Below, piece by piece: positions 38,939 through 52,683 of a stretch of 64,000 nucleotides of DNA (positions are counted from its first letter, which is position 1; the number at the start of each line of letters is the position of its first letter). Under the pieces are notes generated by a model. It was given only the letters and a program-made list of their open reading frames with translations. It was not told the origin of the DNA and ran no database searches. The DNA comes from Heterodontus francisci (taxonomy: Eukaryota). The translations under genes were made by a program, and so were the position numbers. The stretch spans positions 31,921,790-31,985,789 of the forward strand of contig NC_090379.1 of assembly GCF_036365525.1 (NCBI RefSeq). The letters run 5' to 3'.

Positions 38939-40432
38939 GGCTGAAATTTGTGCCATAGTAATGACCCATTAACCGCATGCACCTTTATCAATATGTAAAG
39001 AATTGCAATGAAATAATGAAGTGGATTATGCTGTTAGTTGCCTTGTTGGGGCATTCAGCTGATGCCCTCACCCAAGCCTATTTAAATTCAATCTTGTCAC
39101 TCAGCCCATCATTGCTGTTGTGGCTAACATCTTTTTGCTGGATTTACATCTCTTTTCATGTCGCAGCCACTTAGACTGAAAAATAACGACGAGTCATCTG
39201 GTTTTGATATGATTTATTGCATCCACATGACTTGAAGCGGGAAAGCTAATGAAAGAAGCCTTTAAAACTGTAGAGCCTCACCGCAGCAATCTAGAAATAG
39301 TTCAGGTTTTTTTTCCCAATTCTATTTGCCTTTGCAGGCTTTTCTTGCCAGGTTTCCCATCAAGAGTCCCATTAGTGTCTGCAGTCAATTACCTTCAGGA
39401 CTCCCACCTCTTTCTATATGTCAAGAAGGCAAAAGCATTACAATGGTCTATCCACTGGACATTCACATGTCCTTGACCACCATGGGCAACCTGGAGAAAG
39501 TGCAGAGGTAGCTGGCATGTGCTCGAGGCACCATGACTGGAGACTGTATCAATCTCATTACTACAAGGAACAAATGTAATTTCAGGCACTGTCAGAGGAG
39601 CTGTGCATGCACAAACTGTGCTTTACCATGGAAGTATTTGCCCACGTTTGTGAGATGCTCATGAAAACCTGAAGCCACGGTCGACCTGCCACAGGGCACT
39701 ATCTGTGACAATGAAGGAGTCAACAGGTCTAAATTTCAATGGTTCTGGCTCCATCAAGTCAAGCACTGGAGACCTTGGTAACATTAGCCAAGGAGCTGCA
39801 AGGAACTGCATCAACACATGACAGATGTTCTCTCTCGCAGGGAATACAAATTCATTATATATGACAGGCCAGCAATTTTCACAAGACTTACTTGCTTCCC
39901 AAGGGAGCAATTGCTGGAACTCATGTGCTATCGATGGCTCCACTTGAAAAACCTGTCTTATTAAAAGAAAGGGGCACTCCTTGCTAAATATGCTAATTGC
40001 CTGCAATGCCCAATTGAAAATCCTACATGGTAACTCAGAGTTGACGACAGCTTTCTTCTTCATCACTCCACCACCCTTGACTCATGTGCAGACAACTGAA
40101 ATTAAGTTTTTCAATATTTTACATTTTTTAAAAAAATATTAAACAGAATTTTTTTTAAAAGGTGATTTTACCAGTTGCAATTGATTTACATTCCAGTGCC
40201 AAGTCTCAATCTGTGTTATGAGATTTGTTCTTAGTTGTTTTTATAGTGCCATGCCCTTGGTCCTTGGGATAAGCCATTGGATGCATTATGAACAGGATCC
40301 TTGATTTCCAACGATCTCACTGCACCGTAGCTGGTTCAAATGTACGCCAAAATTTGCTGGAAATATCATGACATAAACAGACAACACAAATAGTGTACAT
40401 CGCTAATAATACCATTCCAGCAAATTCCAGTT
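38939..40432 (+). mobile_element. Decayed PIF/Harbinger DNA transposon with transposase remnant
   Basis: About 39583-39866, across two frameshifts, reads LSEELCMHKLCFTMEVFAHVCEML/HENLKPRSTCHRALSVTMKESTGLNFNGSGSIKSSTGDLGNISQGAARNCIN/MTDVLSRREYKFI, resembling the N-terminal HTH region of Harbinger/HARBI1 transposases. Imperfect TIRs GGCTGAAATTTG and CAAATTCCAGTT; boundaries less certain than the transposase call. Confidence 0.78.
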
Positions 40433-40489
40433 CAATGTTCACATGTCTTGGTATTCAAGCAGAGTATCTCTCCATCAAGTCAATTATCA

Positions 40490-40860
40490 ACAATAACTTG
40501 TATTTATATAGCACCTTTAACAATGAAAACCATCCCAAGGTGCTTCACAGAGGTCTAAACATAGAGGTTTAAAGGAGTGAATTTCAGAGTATGGGCCTAG
40601 ACAGGTGGAGTCATGGCACCAATGGGTGGGGAGGGGAAAGGAGGTGCAGAAACACAATCCCCAAGAGAGAGACAGAAGCCTGAAAGGGATGTGTGTGGGG
40701 GGGGGGGGGGGGGGGGGGGGGGTTACATATCTAGGAAGGGGCAAGAGCATGAAGGGATTTAAACACAAACATGAGAATTCAAATTGATGTGGTGAGGGAG
40801 TGACAACATAGGTCAATGAGGATAGGAGTTATAAGTAAGCAGAACATAATCTGTGGTATA
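40490..40860 (-). mobile_element. L2 3' end fragment containing a poly-G run (about 40697-40722)
   Basis: AACTTGTATTTATATAGCACCTTTAAC...CATCCCAAGGTGCTTCACAG is the reverse complement of an L2 tail. Confidence 0.65.
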
Positions 40861-41149
40861 GGATTCAGGCAGCAGAGTGAGGAACCAAGAGTATGCAATT
40901 CAGCTCCTCAAGCCTGCTCCACTATTCAATTAGATCATGGCTCATTGATACCTCAACACCACACCCGTCTTAGCTCCAGATCCCTTAATTTGATTACCTA
41001 ACAAAACTCTTATCAATTTCAGTCTTGAAAGCTCCAGTTATATCAGCATTCATGAGAGGGAATTCAGGATTTCTATTACTCTGTGAGGAAAAGTGCTTCC
41101 TCATTTAGCTCCTAAATAGCCTGGCTCTAATTTTAAGATTATTCCCAAT

Positions 41150-42912
41150 ATCAAGAACAAGGGGACATATCTGTAACCCCCATTTCCAATGGATCAGATA
41201 AAAGCTCTGCAGTCCTGCCACAGCCACTGTCCTGGGCAATTAAGTAAATAACTGTAGGTGAAGGGTCCAAAAACATCTCAATCCGCAATGATGGGGGGGA
41301 GACAAGCACATCAGTGCAAGAAAAAGGCTGAAGCATTTGCAACATTTAGTTCGGAGTGCCGAGGGGATGATCCATCACAGCCTTCTCTGGAGATACCATC
41401 ATAGATGCCAGTCTTCAGACAATTTGATTCCCTCCAAACGCTATCAAGAAATGACAGAAGGCACTGGATAATGCAAAGGCTATGGGCCCTGACAACATTT
41501 CAGCTGTACTATTGAAGACTTGTGCTCCAGAACTAGCTACGCCCCTAGCTAAGCTGTTCCAGTACAGCTACAACACTGGCATCTACCTGACAAGGTGGAA
41601 AATTGCTCGGGAATGTCCTATCCACAAAAAGCAGGACAAATCCAATTCAGCCAATAAGTCGACTCTCAATCATCAGCAAAATGATGGAAATTGTCATTGA
41701 CAGTGCTATCAAATGCCACTTACTCAGCAACAACCTGCTCACCAATGCTATGTTTGGGTTCCTGCAGTGCCACTCAGCTCCAGACCTTACTACAGCCTTG
41801 GTCCAAACTTGAATAAAAGAGCTGAATTTCAGAGGTGAGGTGAAAGTGACGCCCTTGACCAAGTGTAGCATCAGGAAGCCTAGCAAAATTGAAGTTCATG
41901 GAAATCAGGGAGAAAACTCTCCACAGGTTGGAGTCATACCGAGCACAAAGGAAGGTGGTTGTGGTTGTTGGAGGCCAATCATCTCAGTCCCAGGACATTG
42001 CAGCAGGTGTTCCTCAGGGCATTGTCCCAGGCCCAACCATCTTCATCAATGACCTTCCCTCCAACATAAGGTCAGAAGTGAGGATGTTCACTGATGATTT
42101 CACAGTGTTCAGTACCATTTGGAACTCCTCAGCTACTGAAGCAAGACCTGGACAACATTCAGGCTTGGGCTGCTAAGTGGCAAGTACTGTTCACACCACA
42201 CAAGTGCCAGACAATGACCATCTCCAACAGCAAAGAATTTAACAATATTTCCTTGATATTCAATGGCATTGCCATTGCTGAATCCCCCATCATCAATATC
42301 CCGGGGGGTTCCCATTGACCAGAAATGTAACTGGACCAGCCACATAAATACTGTGGTTACAGGTCAGAGGCTGGGAATTCTGCAGTGAGTAACTCACCGC
42401 CTGACTGCCCTGTCCAGCATCCACAAGTCAGGAGTGTGATCGAATACTCTCTAATTACCTGGATAAGTGCAGCTTCAACAACACTCAAGAAACTTGACAT
42501 CATCCAAGACAAAGCAACCCGTTTGATCGGCATCCCATACCACCACCTTAAACATTCACTCCCTCCACCACAGATGCACAGTGGCAGCAGTGTGTACCAT
42601 CTGCAAGATGTACTACAGCAACTCTACCAACTAGAAGAACAAGGGCAGCAGATGCATGAGAACACCACCACCTGCAAGTCCCCCTCCAAGCCACACACCA
42701 CCCTGACTTGGAACCATATCACTGCATCTTCACTGTCTCTGGATCAAATTCCGGGAACTCCCTTCCTAACAGCATTGTGGGTGTACCTACAGCACATGGA
42801 CTGCAGTGGTTCAAGAAGGCAACTCACCACCACCTTCTTAACGGCCATTAGGGATGGGCAATAAACGGTGGCCTTGCCAGCAATGCTCACATCCCAAGAA
42901 TAATGAAAAAAA
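41150..42912 (+). mobile_element. CR1-group family B LINE, 5'-truncated and decayed
   Basis: MGPDNISAVLLKTCAPELATPLAKLFQYSYNTG, AGVPQGIVPGPTIF; 3' tail with A-run. Confidence 0.88.
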
Positions 42913-43227
42913 GGTTTTTGTATCAACCTTATTGAACGCATGAAGCATTTTAAATACTTTGATCAGATCTTCTATAGTCAAGGGAACACAAAAAAGTTTT
43001 TGGAACCTGTCACTGTAATTTAACTCTCCAAGCCAGATATCATTCTGATGAGTCTGCTCCACACCCCTTCCAAGGCAAATATGTCCTTCCTGAGGTGTGA
43101 AGCCCAAAACTGAATGTAGTACTCCACATGGAACCTGACCTTGGCTCTACACAACTGTTTTTGATGAGCTTAGTGTACAGAATGTGGAGGATGGGAAGCC
43201 AGCCAGGAAAGCATTGGAATAGTTCAG

Positions 43228-44706
43228 ATCACAGAATCACAGAATAATAGTGCAGAAGAGACCCTTCAGCCCATCGAGTCTGCATCGATACATTAAAACA
43301 CCTGACCTGTCTACCTCATCCCATTTGCCAGCACTTGGCCCATAGCCTTGAATGTTATGACGTGCCAAGTGCTCATCCAGGTACTTTTTAAAGGATGTGA
43401 GGCAGCCTGCATCTACCACCCTCCCAGGCAGGGCATTCCAGACCATCACCACCCTCTGGGTAAAAAAGTTCTTCCTCAAATCCCCCTTAAACCTCCAGCC
43501 CCTCACCTTAAACTTGTGACCCCTCGTAACTGACCCTTCAACTAAGGGATACAGCTGCTCCCTATCCACCCGGTCCATGCCCCTCAATCTTGTACACCTT
43601 GATCAGGTCACCCCTCAGTCTTCTCTGCTGCAGTGAAAATAACCCAAGCCTATCCAACCTCTCTTCATAGCTTAAATCTTCAATCCCAGGCAACATCCTG
43701 GTGAATCGCCTCTGCAACCCCTCCAAAGCAATCACATCCTTCCTATCATGTGGCAACCAGAATTGCACACAGTACTCCAGCTGTGGCCTTACCAAAGATC
43801 TGTACAACTCCAACATGACCTCCCTGCTTTTGTAATCTATGCCTCGATTGATAAAGGCAAGTGTCCCATATGCCTTTTTCACCACCCTATTAACCTGCCC
43901 TTCTACCTTCAGAGATCTATGGACAAACACGCCAAGGTCCCTTTGTTCCTCGGAACTTCCCAGTGTCAGGCCATTCATTGAATACTTCCGTGTCACATTA
44001 CTCCTTCCAAAGTGTATCACCTCACACTTTTCAGCGTTAAATTCTATCTGCCACTTTTCTGCCCATTTGACCATCCCGTCTATATCTTCCTGTAACCTAA
44101 GACACTCCACCTCACTGTTAACCACTCGGCCAATCTTTGTGTCATCCGCGAACTTTCTGATCCTACCCCCCACATAGTCATCTATGTCGCTTATATAAAT
44201 GACAAACAATAGGGGACCCAGCACGGATCCCTAGGGTACGCCACTGGACACTGGCGTCTGTCATCACTCTCTGTCTCCTACAGCTAAGCCAATTTTGAAT
44301 CCACCTTATCAAGTCACCCTGTATCCCATGTGCATTTGCATTCTTGATAAGTCTCCCATGTGGGACCTTGTCAAAGGCTTTGCCGAAATCCATGTAAACT
44401 ACGTCAACTGCACTACCGTCATCTACACACCTGGTCACATGCTCAAAAAATTCAATCAAATATGTTAGGCATGACCTCCCTCTGATAAAGCCATGCTGAC
44501 TATTCCTGATCAAATTTTGCCTCTCCAAGTGGTGATAGATTCTCTCCTTCAGAATTTTCTCCAACAGTTTCCCTACCATGGACGTGAGACTCACTGGTCT
44601 GCAGTTCCCTGGCTTATCTCTACAACCTTTCTTAAATAGTGGGACCACATTAGCTGTTCTCCAGTCCTCTGGCACCTCCCCCATGGCCAGAGAGGAATTA
44701 AAAATT
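43228..44706 (-). mobile_element. Relatively young CR1 (HER1-like) LINE, 5'-truncated
   Basis: Long RT ORFs 44178-44684 and 43562-44224 (FADDTKIG); ATCACAGA tail repeats at 43228. Confidence 0.93.
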
Positions 44707-45720
44707 AGTTGAGCCAGAAAGTGCCAAAAGTAAAGATGAGTGATTTGGTAACAGATGGGCTGAGGCAGGTGCAGAGGTGGGCAATGTTATGGAGATGGAA
44801 GTAAACTGAAGTTTGTGACGAGGACTAAAGATAATGGCTTTGGTCTTCACAATGTTTCATTGGATGAAATTCTGGCTCATCTAGGACTGGATGACAGGCA
44901 AACAGTCTGACAACACAGTGGAGGGGGTCAAGAGAGGTGGTGGCAAGTTGAGCTGGGTGTTGTCAGTGTATATGAGGAACCTGATATTTTTGGATGGTGC
45001 TCCCAAGGCGCAGCATATAAATGAGAAATAGGGTCAGGGATAGATCCTTTGGGGGATTTCAGAGTGCCAGGGTGGGAAGTGAAGCCATTACACGAGATTA
45101 TCTGACCATGACTGATAGCTAACAGCAGAACCACATGAAGGTAGTTCCACTCAGCTGGCTAATAGAGGAGAGGTGTTGCAGAGTGGGTATGGTCAGCTAT
45201 ATCAAAGGCCAGACAGGTCAAGAAACATGTGGAGGAATAGTGCACCATGGTCACAGTCATGTGGGATGTCATTTGCAACCTTGATTGGGACCGTCTCAGT
45301 GCTGTGGCAGGGCAGAAACATGATGGCAAAGATCAAATAGAGTTGTGGGAAAGATGAGCATGGATTTGGGAGACAACAGGCTCAAGAACTTTAATGAGGA
45401 AAGGATGATTGGAGTTGGAGTGGTAGTTTTCAAGGATGTTCCTTGAAGAGATGGTGGTGACTGTGTTGAAAGGGAAGGGGACTGTATCCAAGGAGAGGGA
45501 ACCACTTACGTTAGCTAGCATGGAATCAGAAAGGAAATTTAGGTGGTCAGCGATTTAATGGGAATAGGGGTGAGAGAGCAGGAGTCGAGTCCCAAGAGTA
45601 AGTTGATGTCAAAGGGCATGAGGATAAATGGAGAAGCTATAGAAAAATGCAAGTTCCAGACTAAAGCATGGGAAACCTTGGTGGAAGTTTGTCTTGGTGA
45701 GCAAGGAGGGAAGATTACAG
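44707..45720 (-). mobile_element. Old L2 LINE remnant
   Basis: Similar to 2100-3140 of the first L2 (e.g. ACAATGTTTCATTGGATGAAATTCTGGCTCATC). Confidence 0.72.
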
Positions 45721-48346
45721 CAGAATTAAATATATAGCATAACTTTACAGTTTAAAAACAGGATAGTTCTTGCTCCAGAGACTGCCATTTAAACAAAACA
45801 GAATGGGTATCTGTAGATTTCATATAGCAAAACATTTGCATTATTGATTGAACCAATAAATATTAACATGAATACATGAACCAAATACATTCTCAATTAT
45901 ATTAAACAATTCTTCAAACTTAGCTGAAGAAAATCTGCAATTCACTTTTGAAGTTGTAAACAAAAACTTAAATTCTAACATTTTACAGCAGCCAAAACAT
46001 AATACCACATCTATATAGTGCAGCATTTGAACCAGAGGAAGGTACAAGGTGATAAGAAAACAGAATATTGAGATTGGCTTTGGATTTCTCGATCAAAGGG
46101 ATGACACAGACATGGGTTGAATGACTTACTTCTGTGTTGTAAACAACTATTGTTCTGTGCAGTGAGTACATACGAGCGCATGTGTTTGGAGGCGTCAAGA
46201 AGGATATTCAATTACTATAATCATACTCTCTGCAATCAGGTATAAACTGAGTCCAACTAAATTGTTATTGTCCCCATTTTCATACCTATCACCAATCAAA
46301 CGATCTATTCTCAGCTTAGGTTGATAGTGAGCGCAACTGTTAAGTTATGTTGATTTTCCCCTTAATATTCCCCATCCTTCTTATGAGTACATGTTTCACC
46401 TCATCCCAAGACTTTAAACTAGCTAAAAAAACTAACTAGGTGAAAATCATGATTTACAATACAGACTTGAAGCAATATGCTCCAGTTATCCACTTAGCTT
46501 GCCATTACTAAAGCAAATATCATGATTTTACTTAGCATACTACAAAACAAATATCCTTTGGGATGTTATGACATTGCAATAGTTATCACCTTTTCTGCAA
46601 GGATTAACACTAAGTCACTCTCATCATAGGAAAAAAATAACTTTCAAAATTACAAAAGTAAAACTAAATTATGAAACCTTTATCAGATATCTGTTCTGCA
46701 TAAAAATTATTGAAATTTAGGCTGCATTCACTGCCTTTTGTTGCAAGCTATAATACACAATTGGCATAACATTAATATTTAGCGAACTAGTAAATAGCTC
46801 TGTCACATCAGTCATGTTAGTGAAACAGTGATTAAGATAAGCTAATGAGAAATTAGGAGCCAAACATAAATGGAACTAATTCTGTCAATCAATCTCTAAC
46901 TCCTCAGAATTTGTTTAACTGTAATAGGAACTTTAAAAGTTGCATCTAACTCTTTTTTATAAGACAAGAGTTACATGACTATACAGTGGCAAGAATGATC
47001 AAAAACACTATTAAATATGTGCATTGGAATTAAACATATAGCAGCAAAGCAATAGGCATACGATTTGTTTGGAAAATTTCCTTTACACTTCCATACAAGG
47101 TCACCCCCATAGTTACTAGATTTTAAAGCAGAATTACATCGTTGCCTTTTGATCACCTATTCAAATACATGCAAAGGCCGTGGCTAGCTTTAGTTACAAG
47201 GCTTTGAACATGAAAGAAAAATCAGTGATCAACAAACCATCACTACATCAGACCATTCACATTCATTTTTCAACTTGGAGAAGTTGCAACACCATAACAT
47301 GTTCACCACAGAGATATTCAACATGAATAGGGTTTTCTCAGTAGAATACAAGCCTCCATATTGCAACCCTTCAATAATTTGTAAAATGCCCCCGTTTTTC
47401 CATTTCAAATTTCTTCTATTTTGGAAGATGGCAAAGATGCTGAAAAAAGCTTTAATAGCAGTCTCCCAGTCATCCAAGTGTTTGTGCATGACAGATTATT
47501 CAACCCCGAAGAATCATTGCTAAGCTTGATTCTGTCCTTGCCCGACATCCATCCATGTGAACTTTTTATAAAACATCACTGGATAGCAGTCAGAAATGGA
47601 AAAAGCTAATTTTTCCCCATCCTTATCTGGTGGGGCCCAACATCATTCTGGCTGAGAGCAGCCAGCGATGCTCACATCCATGAACAAATAAAAAAAAACT
47701 CCAAACACACTCTTGCTCATATCAAGCAGGAAAGCAATACTTCTATTCTAAATCACTTGATTTGGTCAAGAGTTAGCCTTTAAAAATGGTCATAACACTC
47801 CCACCAGTGTAAAGAAATAAATGTAAATTTTAAACACACTTCACTCAAGCAACTCATCATATAATCCTACCTGAGATGGGGTGCTGTCTTGCAACACACC
47901 ATTCATTCTATGCTGTGCCAGATCATGACTTACTAGATACAAAGATACACTGATAACTTGCTCATCCAAACTTATTTATGCATAGGTAGTACTTATAGAT
48001 AACCACCAGTGATTATGGTCATATCATTGGTAAATAGTCTCTAAAATCTAAAAGAATATGTTGAGAAACCAACTAAAGAACAGGCTACTTTAGATCTAGT
48101 ATTATGTAATAAGATAGGGTAAATTAGACATCTTACAGTAAAGGATCCTTTGAGGAAAAGTGATCATATTCCGATGAACCTCACATTAAGTTTGAGAGTG
48201 ATGTGGTTAAGTCCAAAACTAGGTTCTTAAATTTAAACAGCTAACTGCGGAGGTATGAAGGGCGAGTTGGCTGAGATAGGTTGGGAAATTAGATTAAAAG
48301 ATATGATGGTAGATAAGCAATGGCAAACATTTAAATGAAGTAATAC

Positions 48347-49391
48347 TGTGACAGAAATCACACCTGCCAAATGGAAACATATTAATTTCGTCATATGGAA
48401 CACTGCTTGAAACTTTTACAGGACATTGCAAATAATTTTTTAAAAAGCAGAACTGAACAGTTAAAAAGTGACCAAGCACATTTGCATTTTGAGAAGACAA
48501 AGGCGGGCTGACAAGACAGAAGTGAAGTACCAGTCTAGCTGCAACAATGAGGATGTTCCCTGATTCAATTAGCGAGATTGGTTTTGCCAATAGGGATAAT
48601 CAAAATACATCAACACCCTTTTGACTTTGTAAGAGACAAACTCCACCCCCCCCCCCCACCCACCCCCCAACCACCAAGTAGGTCTGAAAGACTCTAAAAT
48701 TCCAACACCCCCCGGGAACTGTTCTTTCAAACAAAGAGATGGTCACATGACCTACCTGCTGGGGTAAGGCTGAAGTTTTTGAATTGTGCCTCAGAGCGAA
48801 CAAGAGACTGCAGTTTTGAACCCCAAGAGGAAGACATCCCCCTCTGTCCAGCAAAGTCCCAGGGAAACCACAGTGGCAGCTTCTACACATCAAGACTACA
48901 GCCCTTTAGAGGCGACCACCAAAAGAAAATACAAAACCTCTCTTCGGCCTTCTGGTACCAGAGAAGCAAGCCTGAAATTGTGCACATGGCCCCAGCAAGG
49001 ACTCCAAGACTTTAACTTCAATTGAGGACATTATCTTAAGGATAGCATCGGTATTCCATTTATTACCAACTCTGTTTCAACCTCCCAACACTTTCTTCCC
49101 CTCTGTATCTATTTGTGTGTGTGTGTGCCTCTCATATGCATGCGAGCAGGGATGCATCGTATATTTTAGTAATTTTAACCGGTTTAGAGTGATAAGGTTA
49201 ATAAACTTGCATCTTTCTGTTTAAACCCAAGAAAACCTGTCTGATTAATTACAATTGCAAATGAACCAGAGTGCAGCGAGCAAGGGGTCACTGAGGTAAA
49301 ATCACTGTTTGAAAAGATAAACCCTGTTACGGCCAAACCAGAGAAGGGGCGAGAGGGGAACCTGAGACCCCTTCCTTACCTGGTCGTAACA
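48347..49391 (+). mobile_element. Solo LTR (Gypsy-like, 4-bp TSD)
   Basis: TGTGAC...GTAACA termini, ATAC duplicated at 48343-48346 and 49392-49395, AATAAA near 49200; 1045 bp with no coding remnant seen. Confidence 0.85.
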
Positions 49392-49925
49392 ATACATAAT
49401 TCTCAACAAATTCCCTTGAGGATTAAAAATGCTATTGGAAACATGGTACCACCATGGCTAACTAGAGATGTTAAGCATAGTATATTAGATTAAAAGAAGA
49501 GACTTACAATGTTGTCAAAAAGAGTCATAAGCCTAAAGATTGGGAGGATTTTAAAAGCCAGCAAAGGATGACCAGGAAATTGATAAAGAGGGAGAAAATA
49601 GAATCAGAGTAAACTAGCAAGAAATATAAAAACAGATCGTAAGAGCTTGGACAATTATGTAACAAGGAAGAGATTAATGAAAATAAATGGGGGCTCCTTA
49701 GAGGCAGAGACAGGAGAAATGGTATTGGGAATAAAGAAATGGCAGTGACAAACAAATATTTGTTTTTCTTTTCATAGTAGAAGACACAAATAACCATTGG
49801 AAATTGTGGGGAACCAAAGGTCTAATGAGTGAAGAACTTGAAGTAATTACTAAAGAAAGAGTATTGGAAAAATTAATGGGACTAAAAGCCAACATATCCC
49901 ATGGACCTGATGACCTACAATCAAC

Positions 49926-50272
49926 AGTTTATTTTTTTTAAAATTTATTTTGAGATACAGCACTGAAACAGGCCCTTTGGCCCACCGAGTCTGTGCTGAC
50001 CAACAACCACCCATTTACACTAATCCTACATTAATCCCATATTCCCTACTACATCCCCACTATTCTCCTACCACCTACCTACACTAGGGGCAATTTACAA
50101 TGGCCAATTTACCTATTAACCTGCAAGTCTTTGGCTGTGGGAGGAAACCGGAGCACCCGGCGAAAACCCACATGGTCACAGGGAGAACTTGCAAACTCCG
50201 CACAGGCAGTACCCAGAATTAAACCCAGGTCGCTGGAGCTGTGAGGCTGCGGTGCTAACCACTGCACCGCCC
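49926..50272 (-). mobile_element. HE1-type V-SINE
   Basis: Reverse-complement near copy of 24013-24370. Confidence 0.92.
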
Positions 50273-50589
50273 TAAAGGTTCTAAAAGAGGTGGCTGCAGA
50301 GAAAGTAGCTGCATTGGGTTTGATCTTCCAGAATTCCCTATGTTCTCAAACGGTCTTCATGAATTGGAAGGTAGAAAATATAACTCCGCTGTTCAAGAAA
50401 GGAGGGAGAGGGATAACAGGGCACGGTTAGCCTAACATCAGTCGGAGGGAAAAATGCAAGAATCTATTATTAAGGACGTGGTAATAGAGCAATTGGAAAA
50501 ATATTATGATGAGGCACAGCCAATTCAGTTTCATGAAAGGGAAATTGTGTTTAACAAATCTATTAGAGTTTTTTTTGAAGTGAGAGGGA

Positions 50590-51042
50590 GGAAAAGAAAA
50601 GAAAGTAGGAAAGACAAACTTAAATTTATACAACACCTTTCATGACCTCGGGATGCCTCAAAGCAAGTTATAGCCAATGAAGGACTTTTGAAGTGTCATC
50701 ACTTGTAATGTAGGAAAGGAAGCAGCCAATTTGTGCACAACAAGCTCCCACAACCAGCAATGGGATAATGCCTAGATCTGTGTTCGTGATATTGATTGAG
50801 GAATAAATATTGGCCAAGACACCGATAACTCCATGCTCTTCTTCAAAATCATGTGATCTTTCATATCCAGCTGAGAGGGGAGATAGGGTCTCGATTTAAT
50901 GTCTTACCTGAAAGATGACAGTGCAGCACTTTAGTATTGCACTAGAGTGTCAGTACTAGTTTCTATGCTCAGGTCTCTGGAGCGGGACTTAGACCCACAA
51001 CCTTCTGACTCAAACGTGAGGGTGCTACCAACTGAGCCACAG
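50590..51042 (-). mobile_element. DeuSINE (SacSINE1-like) with L2-type tail
   Basis: Reverse complement contains Deu-domain-like GGCCAATATTTATTCCTCAATC...TTGTGCACAAATTGGCTGC and a tRNA-like head; homologous to 57940-58360. Confidence 0.8.
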
Positions 51043-51683
51043 GGGAACAAGTGGCTATAATATATTTGGATTAGGGCTAATATCCGCATAGATTAAGGAT
51101 TAGTTAATAGACAGAAAAGAGTCGGAATAAACAGGTCATTTTCAGGATGGCAGGATGTAATTAGTAGAGTGCTACAGGGATCAGTGCTTGGGCCTCAGTT
51201 ATTTACATTGTATATCAATGACTTAAATGAGGGGAGCCAAGTTTTCTGACAGTACACAGCTAGGTGCGAAAAACAAGCTGTGAAAAGATGTAAAGATGCA
51301 GCAAAACATATAGAGCAATTAGATGATTGGACAGGAAGATGGCAGATAGGGTATAACTTGCATAAAAGTGTAATCATCCACTTTGATAAAGAAAGAAAAG
51401 AAAGAAAAGCAAAATATTGTTTGTAAAAGGTGAGAGACTATTGGTATTCAAAGAGATTTCAGGGTCCTTGTACACAAATCACAGCAAGCAATTAGGAAGG
51501 CAAATGGCAAAGCTAGCCTTTATTGCAAAGGGTTGGAGTATAACAGTAAGGAAGTCTTGCTGCAATTATATAGTGCTTTGATAAGACCACACTTGAAGTA
51601 CTGTGTACAGTTTAGTTCTCCTTACCCAAGGAAAAATACACTTGCCTTAGAGGGGGTACAATGAAGGTTCACGAGATTGATTC

Positions 51684-52683
51684 CTGGTGTACCGCATGGA
51701 TCAGCGCTGGGACCCTTGCTATTTGTAGTGTACATTAATGATTTTGATGTTAATATCGGAGGTATAAGTACGTTCGCAGATAACACGAAAATTGGCGGTG
51801 TCGTAAATAGTGAGGAGGGAAGCCTTAGATTACAGGACAATATAGATGGACTGGTAAGATGGGCAGAGCAGTGGCAAATGGAATTTAATCATGAGAAGTG
51901 TGAGGTGATGCATTTTGGGAGGACTAACAAGACAAGGGAATATACAATTGATGGTAGGACCCTAGGAAGTACAGAAGGTCAGAGGGATCTTGGTGTGCTT
52001 TGTCCACAGATCACTGAAGGCAGCAACACAGGTAGATTAAGATGGTTAGGAAGGCATATGGGATACTTGCCTTTATCAGCCGAGGCACAGAATACAAGAG
52101 CAAGGAGGTTATGATGGAGCTGTATAAAATGCTAGTTAGGCCACAGCTGGAGTACTGTGTACAGTTCTGGGCACCACACTATAGGAAGGATGTGATTTCA
52201 CTGGAGAGGGTGCACAGGAGATTCACCAGGATGTTGCCTGGGCTGGAGCATTTCAGCTATGAAGAGACACTGAAAAGGCTAGGGTTGTTTTCCTTAGAGC
52301 AGAGAAGGCTGAGGGGGGACATGATTGAGGTATACAAAATTATGAGGGGCATTGATAGGTTAGATAGGAAGAAACTTTTCCCCTTAGCAGAGGGGTCAAT
52401 AAGCAGGGGGGTATAGATTTAAGTAAGGGGCAGGAGGTTTAGAGGGGATTTGAGGAAAAAAAAATTCACCTAGAGGGTGGTTGGAATCTGGAAGAGGTGG
52501 TAGAGGCAGGAACCCTCACAAAATTTAAGAAGTATTTAGATGAGCACTTGAAACGCCATAGCATACAAGGCTACAGGCCAAGTGCTGGAAAATGGGATTA
52601 GAATAGTTAGGTGCTTGATGGTCGGCATGGACACAATGGGCCGAAGGGCCTGTTTCTGTGCTGTATAACTCTATGACTCTATA
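51684..52683 (+). mobile_element. Young 5'-truncated CR1, closely related to the 25634-26641 segment
   Basis: Long near-identical stretches (KMLVRPQLEYCVQFWAPHYRKDVI...) and the same CTCTATGA tail. Confidence 0.92.
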
